From assembly GCA_964270895.1 (NCBI GenBank), contig OZ185441.1: DNA of 64,000 nucleotides, one strand, 5' to 3'. Made by a program: the position numbers and the translations under genes. Source of the DNA: Podarcis filfolensis (taxonomy: Eukaryota). Under the pieces are notes generated by a model, which searched no databases, was not told where the DNA came from, and saw only the letters and a program-made list of their open reading frames with translations. Numbering within the stretch: position 1 is the stretch's first letter; each line of letters begins with the position of its first letter. This document shows positions 11,546-24,361 of this stretch, one piece after another.

Positions 11546-13947
11546 GTTATCAGCACATAGAGCTCTATCAGCACCTTGGTAATCCATAGTGATCCTTTCT
11601 CAAAAGTAAGATTGTGTCAGGATTGTAGCTATACCTAGATGTTGTGTCTTTAACTAGAAACCATACGACGTTCAAAACCAGAGGATGCCATTTCTATTAC
11701 ATCACTAGACAATTCCCTGTCAAAGACACTTAAACAAAAGCTAAGGAGGATTATTGAAATATCTCAGCTTCCCTTCTTTCTGCCTCACTAGGCTGTAATC
11801 ATTTGCCTCAAGAGCATTTTCCATCATAGATGCAGAAGTTTAGATAAGTTATTCCATTTTGCTGGAAGCAATGTGATTCACATGGCCATTAATCTGCTTG
11901 TATCAATACTTCCCTTATGAACTGCCGGTTCTGCTGTAAACATTTTCTACATGCTAAATCTTGGCACACAAGATTAAAGGCTACCTGGTTACAAACAGAA
12001 CAGAACCTTAAAATGCACACAAATACATCTACACACAAGGCTCTCAATGTGGGCTTTGTGCAGGAGCAGCACCCAGATGTTTGGGATTAAGCCAGAATCA
12101 GAATCTCAGTGCCAAGCATGCAATGAGGATCCACCGATTATTATGATTTTAAAGAACTAAATGCCAGTGATCTCCACAGTTCTTGGACAGGCTGGCATGG
12201 CAAGTATTCTTTCCCAGTGAAATCTAAGGTTGTAATATTGAAGCCACTTTCCTGCAAAAGGTTGGCCTCTCCTCGTCCCACTCCAAACCCCAAAGTGTTT
12301 GCAAAAAGGGGTTGAGGAATTAGCAACTCAGGAACATTTCCTTGTGAATGCTAATAAAGTAGGCTCCTGGAGACACCATTCAGAGTTTGCATGAAACTCA
12401 AACACCATTGTGAAACTATCCAGCCATGCGCACAGTGGATGGCTCTCAGCAAGTCCCTATCTCACAGTTTCAAATCCCCAACTATAACATGGAAATAAAA
12501 ATGATCTCACCCGGTTATTGTGGATACAAAATGTAAAATTATAATCACACCAATTCTTACATCCAAATAAGAACTTCCTTTTAGGATAGAGGGGCCTTGT
12601 TGACATAGAGGCAGGTGTGGTCTTCCATATGATCATAGATATGTGAAAAAACAACTATTACTTCAGGAATTTTCCAATCACCCTTTTGTTTTAGGATTCC
12701 TCCCCCCTCCCTTTATTACAGAGGTAATACAATAGTTTTGGCAAATAAACCATTCAACAGGGTGGATCTTGGAATCTGTATTATTTGCTGGAACCTAACC
12801 TAGACTTTGAAACAGAGCAGATGTATCAGAGGGTGGGAATCCCAGCTCAATCGTGACGAATTATTGCTGGGGAGGTGTTTTTCTTGGGGGGTGCACTTAA
12901 AATAACAATTTCAATTGTGTGCTCCCATGATTGTATTGACATCTGCATTCAGTTGTCCAGGGTTATTTAATATATAATACATATAATGAAAAGTATTTAT
13001 GGGTTAAAGGAAGCTTGGTCAGGGCATTTGATTGGTAAAATAACTTAAACCACAATTTTACAGTAGCTTCCAGCTGTCCTGAAGCACGAGTTAATGAGAT
13101 CACATGGAAACAGACTGAAAACCAGGAAACATTTTTTTTTAACACAAAAACAAAACAGTGGAAAAATGCTAGATTTTACTTTCATTAACACACTAGGGAA
13201 TGCTCTGTTCATTTTAACTGCAGGTGATAAAATGTTTATTTCCTTTTTAGAAAACAAATCTCTGTTAGCTACTGTATGATAAAGATTATGGTGGTCTAAT
13301 CACCACTTGATTCCCCCCCCCCAATTGTTAAACACACACGTGCAGGGCCCTAACCTACCCACATTTTTTTCTCAGCTAATGTAAACTTTTGGGGAGATAG
13401 CATCCGATAATTTCTTATGCAGGAGAGCTCTGAAAATCATTGTTCTCCTTTAGAAGTAAGTTGGCAGTTCTGGAAATCACTGCTACAACCCACACTAAAC
13501 CAGTTTAGGAGCTAGCATGCATCTACATCTGCCTGTGAGTTTTCCATTCATGATGTTTAGAACTTTAATTCCCAAACAGACGTTGTAGGTATCTGGTACA
13601 CATTTCCACACTTCCTCATGGTGCAGACATATCCGTCACCCATCACCACATTACATGGGGGCTAACTTTAGGGGTGGAGGGTGGGGTCTGTGGGCAATCC
13701 CCTACCCCATGTTGATGGACTCCAACTCTCAAATGTACAGGATTATTATTTTTTAGTACAACTAACCAATTTAACTAACAGTATAGAAAGCAAGTAATTA
13801 CTACCTTATTTTGATGTGCTATACAGATATATGCACACACACGCCCCAGCCATAAAACCAGGATGATTATTTTTTTTAAAAAAACACCACTGTCCTACCA
13901 ATTATTCTGAAGCTATGTATGAATAGGAGGAGAAACACTTTTAGAAG

Positions 13948-14021
13948 AGATTCATTTATTGCAAGGGGTTGGACTAGATGGCCCTTGCAGTTCCTTCCAA
14001 GCCTACCATTCTATGATTCTA
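13948..14021 (+). mobile_element. CR1-tail SINE fragment
   Basis: ggggttggactagatggccc...ttctatgattct. Confidence 0.65.
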
Positions 14022-14650
14022 AGTCATGTAAAATAAGGAGGAAATGAACAGGGAAGAAGGAACTCTGGTAAGATGGAAGGGTGGCTACAGAAAGCATCAT
14101 GAGATCAGGGGTTGCATGAAGCTCCTGCAAACTGCCAACCTGTGCCCTTAGGAATAGGACATTAAATATACAAACAGGCCACTGGCATTAAAAACTAGGC
14201 CAAGCCAGTCAAAAGCCATACAGTAGTGTGTAAAGTTAGGGCATGTCATTTTAAACTTGTTTCCACTGTGCTTTTTTTTTTAAATGTTATTCTGTAACAT
14301 CTATTTTGTTATATTACTCTTATACAAAGTTATACTGTTTTCAAGGTTGGAAAAACAAAAGAGAAACAACAGGAACCCATATAGCAATTCCAATAGCCTA
14401 CAGATGGTGGCTTGACGCTGCCTTGCTATTGGTCAATGTGAAATTAAACCAGGGGACACCACGAAAGAAAACGGAAGCACAATGTTGCAGGCCTGATTCT
14501 AACAGGCACCACCAGAAATCTTGTCTTTGACTCTTTAGATGAAATAGCAAAAAAAAGGGGGGGAGCGGGGAGTCAGCAGGGACAGGGCATTAGGAAAAGT
14601 AATATGTATATCTTTTTACCCCACAAAAAATAAATCCCACAAACTTGTAC

Positions 14651-15752
14651 CTCATGTAGGATGATGGGGACAATGGCTTAGTTTTGGCCCATGGATAGGG
14701 ATGTTGAGGCACCGAAAGGTACTGATCACAGAAGCTTCCTTTCCTGATGTGCTGAAACCCCGGAAACTCTTCTGGCGACAAGTCGGCTGTCGGCGATATG
14801 GTCCCATGATCTTCCCCGCTCGGTTCGGTCTTGAGCGTCATGGACTGGGTGTGATCGATCGCCGTTCTCCTGGACTTGGTAGGAATCCCATCGTTCATGT
14901 CTATTGTGCTGTCAGTGGTGAGGGCGTTGATGGCTGCGACGATGGCCGAACTGGTGTACTGGTTAGTGTTTCCTAGCCATGTCTCATCGGTCACGCTGAC
15001 TCTTGGAGAAGTCTGGGGAGAGGGTGTTGGAGAGGGGTGTGGCGAGTAGGAAGTCTGCCTGCCATTCAGGCTATATTTTCTTTTGTTGCAGGGAGAAGAT
15101 GGCCGGGAGTTGCGAGTGCTCAGCCAATTTTCCTCGGTGATGCTCGTTCTGGGAGACGCCGATGGCGAGTGTCGGGGTGAATTAAGTAACGTGCAGGTCA
15201 CCATGCTCCGTTGATACGCTTCCTCGGCGTCGGTGGTCTTGGGCGACACACACGGCGATTGCCAAGGAGATGTCTGAGGCGAAGTATAGGGATAAGAGTA
15301 ATTGGATTCATAAGACGATGCTTCTGAATTGCAGCTTCTGGAAGACAGGCTGCTTGCTGGACTCAGGCAAGATGGGTCTCGATAGGCCTCTATGTTCGGC
15401 AGGTTCAACGTCGCAGTCGTAGGCGATCTCTTGGTGTTTGGGACGGGCTCCTCGATTTCTGGATCATGGAAGAACTGGTTGTTGTTATGATGCAGCCCCA
15501 AGTAAGAGGTTATTTCGATTCGAGGGCTTTCTAGCGCTGGCACGCCATTAGGTCTGACGTTGGGAGACAGATAATATCCGGCGGTGCCACTTTCAGCATG
15601 CCCTCCATATCCCGAAGGATGATTAGCTGATGGGACAATCGAAATGACTGGATTGGATGTCTGAAGGCCATGACATGGAGCTGACAATGAAGGATGTGCC
15701 ACACTTAGAGGCAAGCTGGAATTTATATTTGAAGGTGCATAGTTATAATGTT
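14651..15752 (-). CDS. NFATC1: NFATC1 exon 2, NFAT homology/regulatory region
   Basis: Acceptor ttttgtttttacag|AA CAT TAT; donor ATG AG|GTACAA; 1102 nt, phase 1 to 2. Encodes the calcineurin-docking PRIEIT (15508..15525), SRR1 (SPASSLSSRSCNSEASSYES), three SP repeats, the NLS KRKY and the LxVP motif (YLSVP). Confidence 0.98.
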
Positions 15753-15977
15753 CTGTAAAAACAAAACAAAAGATAAAAAAACAAAAAAGAATGGCATGAG
15801 ATGTTGCACACGCAAAGGAAATTCATTAGCAAACTGAATCCCAAACGTGATCCAGTGGATAGGAGGAGAGCTTCACCAGGGGGTTCAGACACCACTTTAG
15901 CTATTTCTATTCGGTGAGCAGGCTCTTTGCCCTTTGTTCTCCTGCTCTGAAGTGGGAATTACATTGATAATCTAGAG

Positions 15978-16062
15978 CAGGGTTTCCCAGCAGGACCAGT
16001 GCTCAGAGAGGATGGGAACTGTAGTCCAAAAACAGCTGGGGACCTGAGTTTGGGAAACCCTA
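15978..16062. mobile_element. Fold-back hAT MITE, internally deleted
   Basis: CAGGGTTTCCC / GGGAAACCCTA termini; TSD ATCTAGAG / ACCTAGAG. Confidence 0.75.
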
Positions 16063-16070
16063 ACCTAGAG

Positions 16071-16192
16071 GAAGGGGACCAGATGTTGTTGGACTCCAAC
16101 TCCCATCTGCCCCAGCCAGCCTGTCCAATGGTTAGGGGTGATGGGTGTTGTAATCCCGCAACATCTGGAGGGCCACAGGTTCCCTACCCTTG
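16071..16192. mobile_element. Fold-back MITE of the GGACTACAACTCCCATC family
   Basis: Shares the internal inverted motif (ggactccaactcccatc ... gatgggtgttgtaatcc) with several other copies in the window. Confidence 0.6.
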
Positions 16193-17811
16193 CTTTCTAG
16201 AAATGATTCCACAGAATCGGAGCATTTGATTGCACACTGAAGGCATATTTGGATGCTATCAAGAAACAAATGCAAGCTATCTCTGCATCTTCTTTTGTGT
16301 GTGTGTGTGTGTTTCTGGTGCAACCGACAATGCCGTGACTCACAAAGCTCCCCAGCAGAAAGAAGAAGCAAGGGTTTGATGCATATCTTGAACTCCCACA
16401 TCTAATTCACAGAGGAGTTTGAGCTGCTGCTCTGAACGTTACAATGGATCACACAGAGAGAATGGCAGTCGCTCCTTTATCTTTTCTCAGTGCTTCCAAC
16501 ACACATTCAAAGCTGCCCTAAAACTTCACTGCCATTATGTGGAATGCACGGAGCCTTAGCGGCCAATTTTTTTGGGGGGGAAAGCGGTGCAAAATACGAA
16601 GCAGTGACACTGTGATGCCCAAATATGCATCTCTCTGTGCTCTGATGTGGCTTTGCTTCTAATCTACTGAGCTTGAGAACAGAGAACAGGGCAGCACTAG
16701 AGAGGAATGTCTGACTCTATGACGTACCTGGGCCCCGTGGGTCCCTGTGCTTCTGTCCAGACATGCCTGCTACCTGTGTGAATTGTGGCGCCTGTAGATT
16801 GGCCACACATGTTATTTGCATAATGTGCATTATGCTTTATACAATGTTCCCTACAATGACTTTATTTCAGTGTAGCTTCTGTCAGAGAACGGTGCATTTG
16901 GAAATGCTGTGTTTCAATGCTTAATAACATTGCTATGAGGAAATGAAGATTCCAGCCTTCCTAATAACTTCTCTCAATATTATTTCCAGGCTCAGCATCG
17001 GCACGCATAGGTCCCAGCACTCTGTTAGAGCCCACAAATGCCACTTAACCCTGGTCAACCTTTAAAAAAACTTCTTTTGTAACAGCACTGGGCAGTTGAG
17101 TCTCAAAGCCACCATTTTAATTTCCTCCAAAGACCCTTACATAGTACTGCACCAGGGCATTGTGGGAAATTTGAATGGTGGCTTTCTGCTGCTAAGCAAC
17201 ACTGCAGCTGCCTGCCGTTACCAGGTAAGTCTGCCAAAGTTCACCCACAGATAAGGGGATCCACCAGAAGGACCTTTACAGAGAGCTCCCCTCAAACTTG
17301 CTTCCTGTTCCTGATGATCTCTTCCTAGATTGCACTTCAAAGCAAAGTTTGTGAGGGGCAAAAGTCTTTGAAGGAGTTTTTAACACTGACTCCAACAAGC
17401 AAAAAGTGAATGAACAAAATGCCTGAAGATAAATAAAAGGACACACAAAACTAAGATGGAGATAAATGTTATATGAAAAACCATTTTTAAAATCTTATTT
17501 CCAACTACAGCTCATACAGATTAAAATGTATATGCGGTTTGTCTCAGACTGTTGGTATTCATCACAAATGTTTTGAGATAAAGTGTGAGAGAGCATAATT
17601 ATGCACAGTAAACACATGAAACTGTACTAGGCACACAGACGCATGTTGCGCAAAAGAAAAAGAGAGCTTCTTCTTCCACACAAACCAGCACAGCTTCCAC
17701 ACAAATCAGCCAGAGCACAAGCAACACCCCACCCCTGGTCTTCTTACTTCAATAACTCAAACTGGAGCAAAATGGCTCCATTCACTCTTCAACATCAGAT
17801 CGGTACAAGTA

Positions 17812-18036
17812 CAGTGGTACCTTGGGTTACAGATGCTTCAGGTTACAGACTCCGCTAACCTAGAAATAGTACCTCAGGTTAAAAACTTTGCTTCAGGATG
17901 AGAACAGAAATCGTACGACAGCAGTGGGTACCTCAGGTTAAGAACCTCAGCTAAAGTGGTACCTCAGGTTAAGAACAGTTTCAGGTTCAGAATGGACCTC
18001 CAGAACTAATTAAGTTCTTAACCCGAGGTACCACTG
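17812..18036. mobile_element. Tc1/mariner (Tigger-like) MITE, copy A
   Basis: TIRs CAGTGGTACCTTGGGTTA / TAACCCGAGGTACCACTG, TA on both flanks; homologous to three other copies. Confidence 0.88.
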
Positions 18037-18083
18037 TAAGTCCTTTTCTCAAAGCCAATGCCGAAAACAAGCCAGATTATGCT

Positions 18084-18111
<28 letters not shown>
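18084..18111. repeat. (TG)14 microsatellite
   Basis: Direct observation. Confidence 0.95.
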
Positions 18112-18114
<3 letters not shown>

Positions 18115-19469
18115 CCTGTTAACCATGAAGAAGCAGCTGCAGTTTACAAAAGCACACAGAAATGGAGGTTGTTTGGAAATGTTTAGAGAGTTGTCATTCA
18201 TCTGAGCTTCCTGTAGCCACCAAATTTCACCAGACCGGCCCTGCTAGCAACTCAGTCGGAGTGGAACTACATGATACACTTAACCCAGTTCAAGTGTGAG
18301 TTTCCTTGCAGCTTTTCCACATCCCTGGCTGCTGCTGGTGGTGAAGAAATTAACACTATGACATGGGCAAGCATCCCTAAACATTACAGGATGAAGCAGA
18401 GATGACTTGACATGGGGCAGCCCTGTGCCATAGACACACCCTCTGAACATGTGTGATTTTCTATTCTCCTTTTCGAGAGGTGTATTAATCTGTTGAAGAG
18501 CTCCTTGACATCACTTTGAGCAGCAGTGGAGTCCTTTGAGGCTAATGGATTTCCCCTGGCCACTCCTTAGCTGGCTACTTTTTTGACCTTGCATGTTTGC
18601 ATTTCTGACATTCTGCTGAAGTCACATTTTCTACCTAGCCCTCTGCAACCATGAGGGCTTAAAATGTATGTGCATGTGTGTGTGTATATATATAATTTAA
18701 CTTGACTCAGTGGTACAAGAATCCCCTTGCACTCATAGGAACTAGCAGCTCTGACCCCACTACAAAATAAAACCGTGCATTTACCATTCAGGTTATTCAG
18801 TCTGTATATTTCTGAATTGAAGCTACCTGCAGTTTTAACATGTCTTTTTCAGCTTCAGGTGCTTTTAAAGAATCCTGTACTCCTGATTGATTGAAACAAA
18901 CAAGTCAAGGCTTCTTCACTTCCTTCACATACAATGTTTGTTTCCTTCCTTCCCAGGAGACAAATGCCCCAAGCGCTGAGTCTTCCCTACTTACAAACCC
19001 GAGATCCGGAAAAGCTGTTAATGATCAGGCTGTATTCCCAACACAACTCAATCCTCTCTAGCATTGCATGTGCAGCAGAGACTCTGAGCTCCTGGCGGCT
19101 TCTCTTGTTCTCTCTCCCTCTTTTTTGTTTCTTACTAATATACTCAGCTCCCTCATCTCCCTAGTATTCGGATTTGATAAATGATTCAAAGTGAGACATT
19201 GACACACGACACAAAACACCCAGCTGCTCTGTAAGCAGTTCAGAGAGATATATGTTTGGCTGATTTTTATCATGCCGCGCATCATTAATATATTCAACAC
19301 CCATACAAATCCTTTTAACAGATGCCTTAGGAAACCTGGATATTGACCAAAAGATGTTCATTGACTTAGAGGGGTGGAGCAGCACAAATAAAACAGGGCT
19401 ACACTGCTCTCGTCATGCAATTCAAATCAATGGTGTTTGCATTATATTCGTACAAAATATACACTGTCT

Positions 19470-19931
19470 CAGGGGTTGGGGAACCTCCAGTGGCGTAGCG
19501 TGGGGGGTGCAGGGGGGGCGGACCGCACCGGGCGCAACATCTGGGGTTAGGGCAAATCAATGGGTTAGGGGGCGCAAATCCACGGGTTAGGGGGCGCAAA
19601 TCCACGGGTTAGGGGGCGTAAATTACTTGCCTTGCCCCGGGTGCTGACAACCCACGCTACGCCACTGGGAACCTCACACCCAGGGGCCAAATGTGGCCCT
19701 CCAAACCTATCCATCCCTCCCTCCAGACTCTCCCCACACCACAACCTCTCAGCTCTGCATCCTCCTCATTAGTTTTTGCCTGGCTGGAATGTGTGTGAAT
19801 CTGTATAGAAATTACTGCATAAAGGAAAAAATATACATTCGCTGCTCCAGCCCACTTCTGGTCTGCGGCCCCTGGAAGGTTGCACAGAAAGGAATGTGGC
19901 CCTCTGCCTCGAAAATGTTCCTCACCCCTTG
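19470..19931. mobile_element. hAT MITE (host of a nested insertion)
   Basis: Termini CAGGGGTTGGGGAAC / GTTCCTCACCCCTTG; 8-bp TSD CACTGTCT / CACTGTGT. Confidence 0.65.
19488..19667. mobile_element. hAT MITE nested in the previous element
   Basis: Perfect 17-bp TIR CAGTGGCGTAGCGTGGG and perfect 8-bp TSD GGAACCTC; internal 22-bp tandem repeats. Confidence 0.92.
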
Positions 19932-20783
19932 CACTGTGTGTAAAAGTACTTGGGGCTGCATAAAAGGGCAGGTACTGAACTGAACGCAATCCACTGAAAA
20001 TGCTGTATGACAGCCATTAACAGAACCAGGTTCTTAACACTGGGTGGTAGTGGTCTAGGGGAAGACATGACCCTGTCTGTACACTTTTATATCCTACTAG
20101 GTCAGATCAGGTGAAAACCTTGCTTGCCCTTCCCTGGCCACATCTCCATCATCATGGGATCCCTTTGCTATCCAAAATATTATTTGTTGGCTTACCTGCC
20201 CTTCAGCATAAGGCCCCCAGGGCAGGCAACATATATACCCACATAATATAAAACACAACATACAAATTAGTTTGAAAAGGGTTGATTTTTTGTAGTGCAG
20301 GATCTCCCATAGCATTTAATCTTCCAGAGTGAGGGAGGTTCTTGTGTTCAAATAACAACAATGAGATTTATTGGTGTGGCTGTTCAGATCTGCCTATACT
20401 AAGAAGAGCTGAGGAGGTGGAAGTGGTACTTGAACACAAAGGCCACACCTGGCCTCCTCCAGGAACAATACTGAGAGGGGAAGACGAAGACCCTCAAAAC
20501 AGTCTCCAGCTAAGGCATGTACTTCTCCTGTGCCGTTTTCTGTTCTGTGTTCCCTAACTAGATCCACAGACAATGTATGCATCTGTGACTGTCCTCATCA
20601 AACCCACAGGAGACACAGGAAGGACTGGTACTTCCTGTGGAACTTAGTCATATAAATATCTTGCTCTGTGCCTCTGGGCTGTTTTACACCGCTGAATATC
20701 TCTAGCCAGCAGTGTATGTGGGTATGCAACTGCCTGAGGAAATGTTTAGTATGAACTGGTCTGTGCATGTTCAGAGCTGGGAG

Positions 20784-21136
20784 CAGGGCCGGATTTGGTT
20801 TGATGAGGCCCTAAGCTACTGAAGGTAATGGGGCCCTTTATATGTCCAGCTGTCCTTTGTCAACAACAAATTGTCAAGTTTTTTTTGTGTTGAATATATG
20901 CTGTATTGTAATTTATGGACCTAATAGGTATCTAAAGCCATTTGCACATAACAAATAGGAGCCTACACAACACAAAACATTGTTGCTGTATGTAGGTTTT
21001 ATTTTAGATGTTTTTTATCTTATATTTTGGAAAGGTACATTCAGTGGTTTTTTTCCCTTTAATTTTTTTGGGGGGCCCCCAAGAGAGTGGGGCCCTAAGC
21101 TATAGCTTCTTTAGCTTATATGTAAATCCGGCACTG
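20784..21136. mobile_element. hAT MITE
   Basis: TIR CAGGGCCGGATTT / AAATCCGGCACTG; 8-bp TSD GCTGGGAG / GCTAGGAG. Confidence 0.85.
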
Positions 21137-21863
21137 GCTAGGAGGAATCTCAGGGATTGCAGCTAGACTTTTTCCAGGTGCCACAGATATGACACCCTTC
21201 CAAGGAAAGTAATAGCATTGGGTCACATTGCACACTGATATAAAGTTGTTTACAACTGGATCGTAGCCCAACACCTAGCATGGATCAAACCAATGATATC
21301 TCCACCCTGTCTGTGAGAGAAGACTGACTCATATATAGCAGAAAATGTAAGTGGGTTCTGTGTTGCAGGCCAGATCTGAAAATATTGAAGAAGGCTCACA
21401 ATTCTAAAGATGCTTCTAGAGTAACTGCATTAGGGAACGTTTAAGATCTCAAGCAAACCTGCATAGAGGGGAAAAATATGGATAGGAATAGCTATCCAGA
21501 TAGAACAAACACCTACCCTCCAAAATAAGAGGTACAGTAGTCCTGTTCAAACATAGAATTTTTCTGGTTCCTTGGACTGGAAAGATGTGAGGTGCCTAAA
21601 TTGTGCCACCACACTTTTAAGGGCTCTACTATATATATTTGTCAGTCTTCTCTTAAGAGATGGTGGTGAAACCAATAGTTTGACCCATACTAAGCTCCAT
21701 TCAAAGTTCTGCTTCGATCAGGGTCCTGCCGTGTTTAGCACCTGTTTCCCCAGGTGCCTCCACCATCTGAAATAGGACACGTGGCAACCAGAGACAGCCT
21801 TTTCAGTGATGGCTCCTCGGCTTTCAGAGGTCTTCCCTGGCAGCTACTTTTACTATCATTCAA

Positions 21864-22851
21864 GGAACAATCTTATACACAAGAAAGTGGCATAGAGCAA
21901 GCTGGTGAAATTAAGCTGGCATAAAGTTGCACCAGATCCAAACTCTGTTCATCAGCGGAATTACTCCTGGCTGAGCCAGCCTAAGCCTGGCAGGGGGAAA
22001 ACAAGCCTTTAATATAGTGTTTGAGTTGCACCTTTTATGGGCTGAACTTATGGTGAGCTGCCAGGTCATGTTACCCAGCTGAAAGGGCCTAAGATTCACC
22101 CTAAGTCCCCACTCTCTGGTTCCACCACACCCCCTTTTCAGGGCTTATGCCAGTTTGAGATCCACCAGGCCCAACTCAGCTGGCTGGGGGAGATACACCA
22201 CGACATCTCTGGCTGAGCCAAGAATGAAGGAGTTAAGCTGATGTACTCAGGCTATGCTAGGAACCTCCCAGCTTAGCCAGAGATCCACTGGATCCTAAAC
22301 CAGGGGCAAAAGAAGGCTAACTGACACCTGGGGCGGGGCAAACCACCGGCTACACATGCGTGTGTGGCGTCGCTACGTAGGGCTGCTGGCACCGCCCGAG
22401 CACCATACGGATAGTGGCAGGATCCTCTGCTCATGGCTGCGGTGGCAGCGGAGGGATCCCACCGCTGTCCGTACGGCACTCGAGCAACGCCAGTGGCAAA
22501 CCACTATGTACAGTGCATGTGCGGCGTCACTACGTACAGCACATGCGTGTGACACCGAGCATGCATTGTATGTAGCGTTTTGCCACCACTGCTGCTCGAA
22601 CACTGTATGGACGGTGGCAGAATCCTCTGCTCACGGCTGCAGCCATGAACGGAGGATCCTCCACATGCGGCTGCGGAGGCGTGATGGCCACTTGCGCCGC
22701 CGTGCTTGGGGGCGGCGGGGCGAGCACCCCGCAGGGTGCCTTCTTGTCACTCCCCCCCCCCCCGACATGGCACCCAGGGTGCAACACCCTCCCCGCGACA
22801 CGACTATCCTAAATCACACATCCTGGTGGATAATGCTATAGGATTGCACTC
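21864..22851. mobile_element. GCAATCC-terminal MITE, inverted copy of the 34868 family, interrupted by the 22301 element
   Basis: Segments near 21870..21935 and 22271..22292 align to the reverse complement of 35110..35180 and 34900..34925; right end ATAGGATTGCACTC. Confidence 0.55.
22301..22806. mobile_element. CpG-rich hAT-like non-autonomous element with internal palindromes
   Basis: 8-bp TSD TCCTAAAC (22293..22300) / TCCTAAAT (22807..22814); decayed CAGKGGC-type termini. Confidence 0.6.
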
Positions 22852-23597
22852 TTAGAGTTCTATTTTCCTATGCTTTAACATGATTTGGTGATGATAGTAC
22901 TTTGGGGGCAGTTTTGGCGTATTGGGGCGTGTGATAGTTGTCTGAATTGTAAAAGGCAGTTCTCAGACCACCTCATAACTCCTTAGTACTTTTTTCCTGG
23001 GGAAATACATGCTTATGCCATAACCGGGTGAACTGTAAGGCCTCACACTGCCAGTGGAACCCAGATACTTTCTCTTACGTATCCACAGAATTCCACAGAA
23101 AAGTGATGGCTAACTTCTCAGGATGTGGGAAGGGGAGGCCACTGCTTACGTTCAAGCTGCTTGCGAGAACTGCATCCCCACCCAGTCATCAACAGTCCCT
23201 CCTCCTTCAAGCAGCATGTGGCAAACAACCCCCCCCCCACCCCCACAGAACTTCTCGAGCTGAGCAATCAGGAAAGAGGCTGGCCCCAGAGGTTTCCTGC
23301 AACCGCTGGGCTTGAGTTGTATTGCTGGGAACCTTTCATCAAGGACTGTCTTCAAAGGCCCTTCTGCTCCCAGACTGATGCAAGGACCAACTCAAGTTTC
23401 CCCAAGCTGAGATCTTTAAGATCCTCCCATGTCTTCTAGCCAAAGGTTCCTATTGAGCATGCTCAGAGTACACAAATGACTACGCAGAGAAGTATACACA
23501 CTATAAGAAGGTGGCATACACATAATTGACAAGGACTATGATGGTGTGACACTGGGGTTTGATGGTAGTGGGGCAGCCAAAAAGGTTCCATGTAACC

Positions 23598-23723
23598 CAG
23601 GCCTTTTTTCCAGCCAGAACTCATTTCCAGCACTTCTCAGGTGGGCGCCATTGCCATTGTAAGAGAACAAGGGAGGAGTTCATGGTAAGTTCTGGCACCT
23701 CTTTTTCTAGGAAAATAGCACTG
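23598..23723. mobile_element. hAT MITE
   Basis: Termini CAGGCCTTTTTTCC / GGAAAATAGCACTG; flanks ATGTAACC / GTGTAACT (6/8 match). Confidence 0.55.
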
Positions 23724-24288
23724 GTGTAACTAGTATGTAAAACCTGGTCTATAGCCCATCCCAAAGCACAGGCTGCCCTGGCTCTGGGCCTTACATGGCG
23801 TTTCCCCTCCCACTCCCCTTCCTCTTTCTTCAGCCTCTTTGACCCTCCAGCCTGTCAAGCCCTTTGACTCTCCAGCACAGAAGGCAGCTCGCTGCAGCGT
23901 GCCTTGGTCACTTTTATCCCACTGACCTCACAGCAGCCACGCAGGCGGCAAATGCTTCTGAATCCCAGTTGTTGGAAACCACAGAAGGGGAGCACGCTCT
24001 TGCGCTCCAAGCCTGCTGGCTGGTTTCTCACCAGCAACTATTTGGGAACAGGACGCTGGCCTAGACGGGCCATTGGCCAGATCCAGCAGTCTCTCCTGGA
24101 TGCTCCATCTGAGAGGGCCTTTCCGCAAAAAGACACTTGCTTTGCCTTTACTCCTTCTATCTGCACACATCTGCAAAGGCTTCTCAACACGCATCTGTGA
24201 AACCTGAATTCTACTTTTCCCTTTCCCTTTCTTTCTTTATTTTTAAAAAGGTTACACAGGTGGGAAAAGGAGGTCACATTACCCTAAG

Positions 24289-24289
<1 letters not shown>

Positions 24290-24328
<39 letters not shown>
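24290..24328. repeat. (CAG)13 microsatellite, i.e. (CTG)13 on the NFATC1 sense strand
   Basis: Direct count. Confidence 0.97.
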
Positions 24329-24329
<1 letters not shown>

Positions 24330-24361
24330 TGTTTCGCGAGCCGTTTGGAACAGGCAACCTC

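Noticed and set aside
19562-19623. Short direct-repeat arrays as CRISPR-like or interstitial telomere
   Set aside because: Eukaryotic DNA, no unique spacers, and the TTAGGG units are not contiguous; they are MITE-internal tandem repeats.
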